This document shows, piece by piece, positions 37,293-48,480 of a DNA stretch of 64,000 nt. The position numbers and the translations under genes are program-made. Each line of letters starts with the position of its first letter. The first letter of the stretch is position 1. The notes beneath the pieces are model-generated. The model was not told the DNA's origin. It saw nothing but the letters and a program-made list of their open reading frames with translations, and did no database searches. Source of the DNA: Asterias amurensis (taxonomy: Eukaryota); NCBI RefSeq assembly GCF_032118995.1, contig NC_092652.1, forward strand, positions 27,299,339 to 27,363,338. Reading direction: 5' to 3'.

Positions 37293-37675
37293 AGGCAGTG
37301 GACACTATTGGTAATTACTCAAAATAGTTATCAGCATAAAACCTTACTCTGTAACAAGTTATAGGAAGAGGTTGATAGTATAAAACATTGCGAGAAATGG
37401 CTCCCTCTGAAGTGATGTAGTTTTCGGGAAAGAATTAGTTTTCCACGAATTTGATTTCGAGACCTCAGGTTTAGAATTTGAGGTCTCCAAAATCATGCAT
37501 CTGAAAGCACACACACAAAATTTGTGTGACAAGGGTGTTTTTTCATTCATTTTATCTCGCAACTTCGACGACCAATTGAGTTCAAATTTTCACAGGTTTG
37601 TTATTTTATGCACATGTTGAGAAACACCAAGTGGGAAGACTGGTCTGTGACAATCACCAATAGTGTCCAGTGTCT
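37293..37675 (+). mobile_element. MITE family A, complete copy with terminal inverted repeats and TTAA flanks
   Basis: 5' ttaa|AGGCAGTGGACACTATTGGTAATTAC...; 3' ...GTGACAATCACCAATAGTGTCCAGTGTCT|ttaa. No coding capacity. Confidence 0.75.
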
Positions 37676-37849
37676 TTAACCATAAGTTCCTTCTCATCAC
37701 CTGCATGTACAATATAGTGTATAAATAGGGATAGTTTTGTGTACTATTGAAAATGTGAAAAACACAGCCAAACATGCAAAGCATAAAACAATTGCAGCTA
37801 TGAGTGTGCTAAATTTGCTAATATTGCGCGATAGGTCTGAGCATGTGCC

Positions 37850-38000
37850 AAGAACTGTTAAAGACAGTGGACACTATTGGTAATTGTCAAAGACCAGTCT
37901 TCTCACTAGGTGTGTCTCAACCAGTTAGTCTCAACATATACAAGCCTGTTAAAATTTTAGCTCAATCAGTCATCGAAGTTACGAGATAATAATGAAAGAA
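37850..38000 (-). mobile_element. MITE family A fragment (minus orientation)
   Basis: ..aagacagtggacactattggtaattgtcaaagaccagtcttctcactaggtgtgtctcaacc.. Confidence 0.55.
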
Positions 38001-38339
38001 ACTGGCTATACATGTAGGTAGGTTATGCATACTTCAGCCTCAGATTCCCGCCATACAAATGAGTTGTCTGAACAATCCCATGAGGTAATACTTTTTAGTT
38101 AGCACACAGGCTGGAGTTGAATGCTGAAAACATAGTTTGTCTGCGGCCAAAATTTAATCAGTAATGGGACGCAGAGACACTATGTTTTTCAATATTCCAC
38201 TCGCGATTGTCAATAGCAAGTTTATCTTTATGCAAGCTTGATGCGTAGCTTACAATCGTGTAATTCAAGAAAGTATGACATTGTGAGAATAAATGTGCCA
38301 CTCCCAATGTAAATAAATCACTGACAGCAATTTTCCCTC

Positions 38340-39250
38340 TTGCCCTCTACCCATCCACCCAACAACCCTCCCTCCACTGAATTGATTCAAATGCAACTTT
38401 CTCCTTCCTCCACCATTTAATCACCCACCCATTTATCCACCCATCCTGTGGTACTGTAGTTTTGCCATCCCTCAGCCCTGCCCTATACCCAGTGATACCC
38501 ACCCACCGCTTCATCCAACCATCCTAATGCAATCCTCATTCCTCAACCTTACCCTATACCTGCCCACCCCTTCATCCACCCATCCTGATGCAATTTTCCC
38601 CTTCCTCAACCTTACCTATACCCACCTACATCTACCCCTTCATCCACCCATCCTGATGCAATTTTCCCCTTCCTCAACCTTGCCCTGTACCCACAAACCT
38701 TTCATCCACCCATCCAAATGCAAACCCACTCCTCAACCTTACCCTTTATTCACCCATTCTAAGATGCAGTGTTCCACCCTCGACATTACTCATACCCCCT
38801 ACCCATTCATCCACCCATCCAAATGCAAACCCATTCCTCAACCTTACCCTTTATTCACCCATTCTAAGATGCAGTGTTCCACCCTCGACATTACTCATAC
38901 CCCCTACCCATTCATCCACCCATCCAAATGCAAACCCATTCCTCAACCTTACCCTTTATTCACCCATTCTAAGATGCAGTGTTCCACCCTCGACATTACT
39001 CATACCCCCTACCCATTCATCCACCCATCCAAATGCAAACCCATTCCTCAACCTTACCCTTTATTCACCCATTCTAAGATGCAGTGTTCCACCCTCGACC
39101 TTACTCATACCCCCTACCCTTTCATCCACCCATCCTAATGCATTCCCACGAGTACCTCTTCACTCAACCCATCCAATGCAATCCCATTTCTCAACCTTTC
39201 CCTATACCCACCCACCCCTTCATCCACCCATTCTAATCTAATTGAATAGC
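38340..39250. repeat. satellite array: ~60-70-bp units grading into four near-identical 120-bp units (38700-39130)
   Basis: A CATCCACCCATCC(W)AATGCAA core recurs. The 203-aa ORF at 38527-39138 is only the periodic translation of this repeat. Confidence 0.9.
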
Positions 39251-39778
39251 AACCTACATTTCATTTTATTCCTGGATTTCTTTCCCACTCCGACATGGTT
39301 TCAATCTAAAGTAACACAAGGCGTGTGCCGTAGTAATGATGACATACAGATTGAAATCAAATGAGAAAACGCTGACCAAATGTATGCCAGCTGAAGACAC
39401 TGTCTGTAACAACATGTCGTACAACCCACTGAAGTCTTAGACTTGTGTTTTCTTGCGATGAGTAACCAGATTTGGTTTATGTCAGGCACCACTAAGCAGA
39501 GCGCTCGGGCGTGGCTTTTCTCAGCTAGCTCAGACTACACCCACAAGAGATGATGAAAATGCCACTTTGGACGGTCCCCTCCCTAAAGAATCAATACATC
39601 ATGTCGGTAAACCAGTTGAGAGAAGTATGCATGAGGAATTCAAAGCAATGTAGGTTGAGATGCAGTTTAACTCGAGGGACTTGGGTGAAGTCTATTTTTA
39701 AAACTGAAAATTTCTAGCTGAATGTGTGAGAGGCTATTATTTTGATACATTTAGAATACATCCTTTAAATCTTCTATC

Positions 39779-40566
39779 ATTGTTTAGGTTGGATTTATCT
39801 GACCATCCTTTTGTTATTTACTTTAGCACCTTTCCTCTTCGTGGTTGTGCTGGATTATATAATGAGGCACGCTTTACGAGGTATTCAGCAGGAAACAGGA
39901 ATTGTGCTTAAAGAAAGATAGAGCAGTCGTTATCCAGAGATCCGTCTCCATGATGTAGCACTCTTGTCAACATCAGTTGACACTGCAGAATCATTACTTC
40001 ATAGTACTGAGGAGGCTTCCAATTGTGTCGGTCTTCATCTAAACACAGGAAAAACGAAGACTCTCCTCGTGAACATTCCTCCAACATCCAGTATACAGAC
40101 TCTTGATGGTACGAAACTTAAAACTGTTTCAGATCTCAAATACCTCGGCTCATCACTACCTGACTCATTCCAAGATTTCAAATGCAGGAAAGCGCAAGCA
40201 TGGTCAGCATGTAACCAATTAGATAAGATCTGGAAGTCTGATCTTGACAGAGCTATCAAAATCAAGTTCTTCAGGGCCTGTGTTGAAAGCATCTTGCTAT
40301 ATGGAGCCGAAACATGGACAACAACACAAAAAGTGTATGACCGCATCAACGTTTGCTACACTCAACTGCTGCGTAGAGTTATCAACATCCACTGGCGGGA
40401 CCATACTACAAACGGGAAGGTTTATGGCAATCTACCACCACTTTCCGAGACCATAATGCAGAGACGTCTCCAGTTTGCTGGCCACTGTTTGCAAACAGCG
40501 GATCAACCTGATATATATCATTGTTTAGGTCGGATTTATCTGACCATCCTTTAGTTATTTACTATT
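39779..40566 (+). mobile_element. non-LTR retrotransposon RT fragment (RTE/jockey-like), truncated at both ends and degenerate, bounded by 48-bp direct repeats
   Basis: Encodes ..FLFVVVLDYIMRHALRG.., LHDVALLS (degenerate FADD box), ..GLHLNTGKTKTLLVN.., ..KIKFFRACVESILLYGAETWTT.., ..RRLQFAGHCLQ... The repeat atcattgtttaggtYggatttatctgaccatcctttWgttatttact occurs at 39776-39823 and 40513-40560. Confidence 0.7.
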
Positions 40567-41030
40567 GTACATAATGTGTCCTTTCAACATCTAACCTTGG
40601 TGATTCAATTATTAAATTATTCTACAAACAACGTGATTTTCTTTTTGACCCACTCAGCCACAATTTTGTAAAGCAACCAACATTTAAATTGGCCAACTAC
40701 AATGTACAGGTACTGTATGCCTCCCATTGAATGCTATACCGGCATGTTCTCATAAGATGAGCGTTGACGGCGCATGATTTCAAAGTCGGTTCAAAGCTTT
40801 TTATGAGTTGTATACGGTATTACACAGTTAAATTTAAATTGTACATTTTGAAAATTGAAATTTGCATTTTTAATACCTTACATGTAGGTCCTTTTGGTTT
40901 GTGAGCATTTTGCAATTAGGTACATTACTGTACATGTAGCTAATTATATTTTCTCAATTAATAATGCCGTTACTGAGAAACTGTAGCATGGAGGAACAGT
41001 AAATTTTAAAGTGAAGTTGCGAACAACAAT

Positions 41031-41776
41031 TCCCTCCATAGCCTTGCTCAAGGCAGTCGCATTATTCGCTCCGAAAAGACGCAGCTGTAAACCCACCCGC
41101 CGTATACCCTGTGCATGGTGTGTGCGATCACACCGAATGACCCACCCGTATACATACTGTCACATCGCACGAATACTGTTCACACAAGTCATCGCACTCG
41201 TACACCACTAACCGCATGCGGAGGCCGTCAGGCCGACAGCCTTGTCGGATCTGTATCTTCCCGTTTTAATGTGTTGTATTGAAAAAATTCCAATAGTGGA
41301 CGAAATTGGGGGGGCTCTAGGATATGCTAGTATGCAGCTCATGAATATGTATATCGTTCGTCAGACCTATCAGACAACACAGGATGTGAGGCAAATGAAT
41401 TATTCATTTTGACGTCCAATCACGCACTTCCCTTATCACGACCTTTGGACCCTATTATGTGGCCGTGGTGGTGGTGTGTGAGGTAAACATGTCTCGTCTT
41501 TCGCGGGCATTATGGTAATGAGCTGACCGTGGGAACTCTTCGCTTATTATAGTAATGAGGTCAGTGGCTTCAACACAGATCCTACAAGGCTGTCGGCCTA
41601 ACGGCCTCCGCATGCGGATAGTGTACGGGGGCATCGTGTCGTGCGATGTTACGCACAGTGAATACGGGTGGGTTTTACGCACAGTGAATACGGGTGGGTT
41701 TTTATACAGCGGCGGTCTTTTTTCGGAGTGAATAATTCGACTGCCTTGAGCAAGGCTATTCCCTCCATGATTATAT
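41031..41776. mobile_element. hAT-like nonautonomous foldback element: ~215-bp terminal inverted repeats, ~300-bp spacer, ~8-bp target-site duplication (TTCCCTCC)
   Basis: Left arm 41031-41260 (atagccttgctcaaggcagtcgcattattcgctccgaaaagacgc..) mirrors right arm 41560-41776 (..gcggtcttttttcggagtgaataattcgactgccttgagcaaggctat). Flanks ttccctccat on both sides. The two short ORFs inside are mirror images of each other. Confidence 0.7.
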
Positions 41777-44700
41777 TACCTTCATGGCATTTTCAAGACA
41801 TAAGTGTACCATCACCAGTGGAAGTGCACTGTAGCTGACACCAACAGAAACAAAAACAAGTAAAAGACGTCTCCACAAATATCCTAATTATGAATCTTGG
41901 TCAATCTAGCCTGTGGTTATTTGAACTGTATTGGCTAATAGGAAAATCAGCCTGCACTCCATACCTTGACATATTATGTTAACCCTCAAGGGTATAGACA
42001 GTCTGACCACACTGCTACACAGTGTGTGTTTAGAACGGAAACATAAGTTAGAGCAACGATGTACCTTTGCTGCAGACCATTCTATTATGTCACAACAATC
42101 ACAGAAATAAACCGATGGTAATTTTAATTCAATAACTGCTGTGCTTTACGATTGATTTTTGCTCGTTTTTTATTTTCAGTGTGTACACTAACAGTCTATG
42201 TGTGACATAGACAGGCAATGGAACACACAGCAGCTGTTTGAAGGGCAAAGCACATTAAGTCTAGCACTGCAAAAAATGCATTAATTCGCTAATTTGTTTT
42301 ATTTGTTTACTATTTTTGTTAAGTTTTTTATGCTAAATCAAGGCAAACTTGACTCTGTAATAGCCTGGCTAGTAGTGTACGTAAAACACTAGTATCCCAC
42401 CAATTTGAAATAATGATTTTATGTATGATTTTCAAGATACATTGAAGGTACTGTCATCAGTGACAACATGTCAGATTTGACACTGGCTAGACAACTGCCT
42501 GGCTGACTAGTCAAAAGAAAAAGTTAGCGTAATGTCTACGGTTTTTGCATGTCCTTCACTAACCGCTTGTAATTGTATCATACACAAAATACAATGATAC
42601 AGTACAATTAATGAAGATTGGTTCCCTCATGCTAAGAATAATAGTATTTGAAGTTAATGATTCAGTACACGGTATACGTATGTTGTACAGTGTAGTGCGT
42701 GAGGCATCAATAGTTAAGTACTGTAAATGACACAATAACTTTTGATGTAATAAAGCAAGCGCAATTAAATTAAAACTATCTCAATCAAAAAACTTTGTTT
42801 TGATCGTCAAGTGTAATGTAAAAGGGAAGTATTCTGCAATTAACATTTGGAATTAAAACCAAAACCCATCAAGTTGTTTGTTTAAAATTACTGAATGGTT
42901 TCTTTAGTTTACAAACCAACAAAGTCACTTGGCAAATTCACATCCTCACAGTGAATAAGACCTGAACAGAACCATCTAACAATTCGCCACTAGTGATTGG
43001 TTTTCATAATGCCAGTATAATGTTATCAGTCATGTTATGTTTCTGAACGGTGTAGATGGATTGGTCATAATCTAACCCTAAGGCTGGCTATTGACATGAG
43101 CACTGTATAGATCTGTCATACCCTGTCTGCATTTATAATCACATGTCACTCAGTATACTTTCTTATGGGACTGGTCCCAACAACTAGGGTAGAAACACCA
43201 TGTATGATGTATACAAATGTAGGCACTTAAATGTTCATCCATTTTCCCTCCCCATTTCTGATAAAGATTGAGAAAGCCCAAAATGTGCCAGCTACAATGT
43301 AAATGACAGTGTACATTTACTCAGTATGTAATTGTTGAAAAGAATGGTTATTTTAGAATGCAATGTCTGCACAAAAGAACCCATAACCCCTACATACAAT
43401 AAAAACTAAAATATAAATCATGACTTTTAAACCCTTTCATGCCTCGTTTATTTTAAGGATAAAATGATCACTTGTACACAACAATTTTTTACTTAATTCT
43501 CTTGCAAATTCATTTACCCAGGTACATTTACATGTGGACCAAACTGGCGTTTGGGTCCACTTGGAGCAAGGGTGTGGTATGCATCGTGTGACTGCCCTTT
43601 AAGGATGACTAGTTTTTAACCAGCAGACTGCATTTCTACTCAAGCCTGGTGTTATTTCTTATCAATCCATCTTCATATAATTTACTTGTAAATCATACAG
43701 ACAGGCCTTGAACTTTATTCATGAAGCATGTGAATAACACTGGTAATTTGTCATAGACCAATGCCCACATTGTACATGTATGTGCCACAACATACATGAA
43801 AGAAAGCTTGTGAAAATTTACAACAAAGGCTCTATCAGTCTATGAAGACAGGTAAAGGTTGTGTCACTGTTTTCGACCAGCTTTGATCTCGCAAGATCAA
43901 AGCTGTTTTCAAGAAAAATATTTAAAAGGAAATTTTCTACCGTGGCAATCTTTATACTGTGTGGAACTCTGGTGACATTTATATTGTTAATCTTATATTG
44001 TTAATGTTGTGCAAACCCACAGATCTATTCTTAAACAATAATTCTATCGATTTGTAAATGGTATAGCCTTGGAAAAATAGACTCTGCTACGTACATGTAA
44101 ACGTAGGGTCGCAACATCTAATCAGGCTGTTAACCATTTTCCTTTTGGTTTTAAAAGCAACTGGCAAACTTGCTAAATCTATATTCTGATTTATAAACAA
44201 AATTCTTTAAAAGCACATAAATTTGGTCTAAACAATGAAAATGAGCTACCAAGGCTTTTAAATGCTCAGCCTTTCAAGCACTTCTGCCTAAAAATATCGA
44301 CCTCCCACGCTAGCATCAGAACGATGGATGAGAGATGATTTAGACTGGTCCCTTTTCATCCCCTATGACTCATCACTTTTAATGTACTGTATGCAGTCAG
44401 GGAATAAGTTCAAAGATGATGACTTGAGAATAGACAGTTGATGAGTGGTTTACATCCGCAATGCCAGATGGCTGAAGTTAAATGACTATAAAACAACCTT
44501 GATTTAACCCCAAAACATTATTAATTAATAACAAATAGAAACTCCTAATTTGCATAATATTACAGTTAGGCCTATATACATGTATTATTGGCTGCAGTCA
44601 ACAACAAAAACTGTTTCTGTCTTTAGAGATGGTTAGAAAATGGATAATAGTGTTTTTGTTTTGTAGCATACATGTAGGAAGTTACTTTAACACAGTTCTC

Positions 44701-46169
44701 GGCTTCCCAAAACGAATTGCAGTATATTTTTAAGCTGGCACTTATGAATGTTATAGGCTAATAATTTACACATGCAAACCTGTAGTGACATGAACTACCG
44801 TTATGCGGGGTTCTAAATTTGTATCTCACAATGAATTATTAAATTAATTACTTTATAATGTTTATTACATACGTATACACTGTACATGTATTTATTTGGT
44901 TCCAAAATGAATCATCCTTGGAATGATGTGAGTTATCTTTTATTTTCTTCAATGCCTGAGGTACATTTATCATTGGGAAGTAATAGATTACTGCACATAC
45001 ATGTAGTAATCACTATGAATACAATGTACAATGTACATGACCATCATCCATAAGGCATTAAATCTTGTCTAATGCTGCATGCAAATCAAATGACTTTGGC
45101 TTCAGCTTTGTCTATCAATGACAACATTGAAGGTGGGCAGTCATAGCCACATTGGAAACCATTAAATCCAACCAGGCCCAACAGCTCCAGCGGCAAATGT
45201 GTAATAATCTCATGACCTGTATTGCCTACACCATATGGCCAACTTTAATTAACATAGGATTCACACGGCTACTATAATAACAACTATATGAACCTATGTT
45301 ATTAATTAAATTGCAAGGTGTTCAAGTTATAAACAACCTTGCTTCTGCAGCCCTTAATAAAATTGTAAAAACCTGAACAACTGAGAGATGAACAATTGAT
45401 CTATAAATAACTCACTTTCCTTCAAAAAATAAAAGTATTGATTTTTAGAGAAATTGACAGATTTAAATATCGGTTTTCAACAAAATGATGACATATTGAA
45501 AACATCATGTGAATACTAAAGACAAAATGACAATTTTTAATGTATGATTAATTTAAAGGGACTATTGTCATTATCAAAACATGCCTGTGGCTGTATATGG
45601 AATTATAAACTCTTGCTCAGTTACCGCACAAATTCGCGCCCTCTCAAAAGCATTATTCAGAGGGAGCAGGTCCCGCATGTGCAGTTTATTATTTCATGAA
45701 CCACCACAGGACTGCTTTGATCAAGATGACACAGTCCCTTTAACGAGAATTCCCCAGCTTCATTGTAGAGAGAATGTCAAACTGTAAATTGAAGAGCAGC
45801 AATTACTTGGATTTTCTACTTTTTCAATTATTGAACGGTTCAATAAATGAAAAAATAGAAACCATTTCACCCGACATGACCACCTTTGATTAATCGTGGT
45901 TGCGCAATTGTGTAGTTAGTGCATTTAACTATAGCAACGCATGTGAGATAGATGCACACAATGGCCAATTTTTAAAGCACTGCTTAACAGTAAGCAGAGT
46001 AATTTTGCACACTATTTCTATTGACTCTAAAAATGACGTTCAATGGGCAGAAATCAAGGGGTCAATACTTAGTAATGGAAAATAAACATTGAACAGGCAC
46101 GCCTTACAGCCAAAACAACAGACACTAACAATAAATCTTGTTATCATTCCTAGGAGAAAAAGAACTTAC

Positions 46170-46259
46170 CTTCTTATATGTTGTTTCCCCTAAGGTGTCA
46201 ACCCTCCTGTGACCAATCTTCTTCTGTCTTGGGGTAGTTGGTCCATCAAGAACAGGACT
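46170..46259 (-). CDS. PIP5K1: PIP5K1-like gene, exon 2
   Basis: Acceptor ctgtttttttctccctttag|A, donor AAGAAG|GTAAGT. Encodes SPVLDGPTTPRQKKIGHRRVDTLGETTYKK; PIP5K1 has ..IKKIGHRxVDSxGETTYKK. Confidence 0.9.
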
Positions 46260-46335
46260 CTAAAGGGAGAAAAAAACAGCAGATAGACAAAGATTGAGAC
46301 TGAGCTTTTCAAATGTAATGCACTGCTAGCCAGCA

Positions 46336-46580
46336 AATAAAAGACACTGGACACTATTGGTAACTGTCAAAGACCAGTCTTCTCACTTAGTGTATCCATT
46401 TCAATATGCATAAAATAACAAACCTGAGATAATAATGAAAGAAAAAACACCTGTGTCACACGAAGTTGTGTGCTTTCAGATCCTTTCAAATTTCAAATTC
46501 GTTGGAAATAACTTCTTTCTCAAAAACTAAGTTTCTCCACTGGGAGCGATTTCTCACAATGTTTTATACTATCACCAGCA
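46336..46580 (-). mobile_element. MITE family A fragment (minus orientation)
   Basis: agacactggacactattggtaactgtcaaagaccagtcttctcacttagtg... The spurious + ORF at 46466-46690 includes ERFLTMFYTIT, the same motif seen in other copies. Confidence 0.6.
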
Positions 46581-46889
46581 ACCCTTACAATAGAACAATG
46601 AATAGAAGAAAAGATAAAGAAACAAGATTGGTCAGTGTTCACCAGGCCAGTTCCCAAACTACAACTTGTGACAGACCAGTAGGCCAATAACATGATTTTT
46701 GTTTCAGACAATAGACCGATCCATTAAGCTCCGCCCCATTGCGTATTGACCAATCACAACGCAAAGAAGGTCCGACACTAAGGTCTGACATGCGTGCAAC
46801 ACCAGGATTTCAATGTGATACCAACTGTTATCTGATTAGGATGTTATTATTATTTTATTTGCCAAAACGTACAAAACAATATACAAGAA

Positions 46890-47340
46890 AATATACCTCA
46901 AGATGGGCGAGGGAAAACAAAAGTTACCAGAGTAACATGCCTGTGATAGTTTTTCACAGGAATCGGGAAAGTACTGAGTATACAGTGCTAACACACATCG
47001 GTGTATGGGTAAAAAACTAAAATTAATATTCTTTATCCCTGATGCAAATTCAACATCTATTATATCGTTGCGGTACCCGCTGCCAAAACATAGGATTCGA
47101 ACTGCCTCTAGCTGCCGGGCAACCTCGGTGGTCTAGTTGGTATGACACTGCTCTAGAATTGCAAGGGTCGTTCGTGGGTTCGAATCCCACCCGAGTAACA
47201 TGCCTGTGATATTTTTTTTCTTTTTTCACAGGACTCGGGAAAGTACTGAGTATACAGTGCTAACACACATCGGTGTATGGGTAAAAACCAAAATTAATAT
47301 TCTTTATCCCCGATGCAAATTTAACATCTATTATAAAAGC
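46890..47340 (+). mobile_element. cluster of tRNA-related SINE family 3: a tail-only copy (46921-47045), tRNA-like heads (47046-47200), then a full tail (47195-47335)
   Basis: Direct ~130-bp repeats gagtaacatgcctgtgat...cacaggaMtcgggaaagtactgagtatacagtgctaacacacatcggtgtatgggtaaaaaMYaaaattaatattctttatccc. Between them ..ggtggtctagttggtatgacactgctctagaattgcaagggtcgttcgtgggttcgaatcccacccgagta (T-arm GTGGG-TTCGAAT-CCCAC). Confidence 0.6.
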
Positions 47341-48354
47341 AAATACATACTATGATCCGTAGATCTGTTGCCCCACATCTTTGAGGTTTGTTATAAATAA
47401 TGAATACCATACATTACATACCATCATGTACATGTACATAAAGTCCAATTGCAATAAGAATAAAGTATTGGCTGCATTGGGGAAAAAAATCACAGTGAAA
47501 TGTCTCTCAAAGTCAAAGTACGAAAAAGTTTTCATAAAGATCAGAGAATCACCAGATCGTAAACCCCCTTTTAATGGACCTGAGAGGATTCTGTCCGATA
47601 AAGAACCAACCAAAGTCACCCACAAATTAGATCGATCATCATTCAGAGCTTAGGATTAGGGCTGCCAATGAGGCCTTCTTCCTGACCCAAAGGTAATTCT
47701 CCTTCTGATCATGCCAGTAAGTTTTGGGGTGTCATGGCCCTTCTGTCTAGGGGCGGTGGCCTCATGTTTTGTAATTTACAGAAATGTGGGTTCGGATCCT
47801 GACATGATCAGTCACAACACTTCTGTCCTTGAGCAAGGCACTATATCATAATTACTTCTCTCCATCCAGGAGTATAAATGAGTGTCGGTGAGAAATATTC
47901 TGCGATAGACTGACATCATGTCCGGGGGGATACAAATATTTTCATTTGCCAAGGAAACCAGACATTGGCCTGATAGTCACACAGGCTTGGAACATACTTG
48001 TTTTTTATTACCTTGATAACACATTCTTCAATTCTTTACTTTTAGGTACACAAAAATAGTACAGGTTCCATGAATTCAAATCAAATGAAAAACTTCCCAT
48101 TTCCGCTGAAAACTTTTGTTTCACTAAAATGTACAAAGATTGAGTGATTCAGGCGATGCACATAAATGGTTTACTGTTAATTTCAATTTCCTTGTACACC
48201 TGGTCAAAATTGCTTACACCACAACTGTACTCAAGTGGAGCTTCAGGTGAGAGTATGTTTGGAATCTCATCTAAGCCTGTGGTAAAGCTGTAAAGATATC
48301 GATTAAAACATTGACAACTTATTAACTATGAACAACCCACTTATTAGATGGAAA

Positions 48355-48480
48355 TTTGCATCGGGATAAAGAATTTTAATTTTGGTTTTACCCATTACAT
48401 TACATACATGTACACAGATGTGTGTGAGCACTGTATACTCGGTACTTTCTTGAGCTATGTGAAAAAAATCACTGGCATAT
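48355..48480 (-). mobile_element. SINE family 3 tail copy (minus orientation)
   Basis: Reverse complement reads ..cagtgatttttttcacatagctcaagaaagtaccgagtatacagtgctcacacacatctgtgtacatgtatgtaatgtaatgggtaaaaccaaaattaaaattctttatccc. Confidence 0.6.

Noticed and set aside
38527-39138. 203-aa ORF, the longest plus-strand ORF outside transposable elements
   Set aside because: Purely the periodic translation of a 120-bp satellite; no start context, no splice sites, repeated 40-aa blocks.
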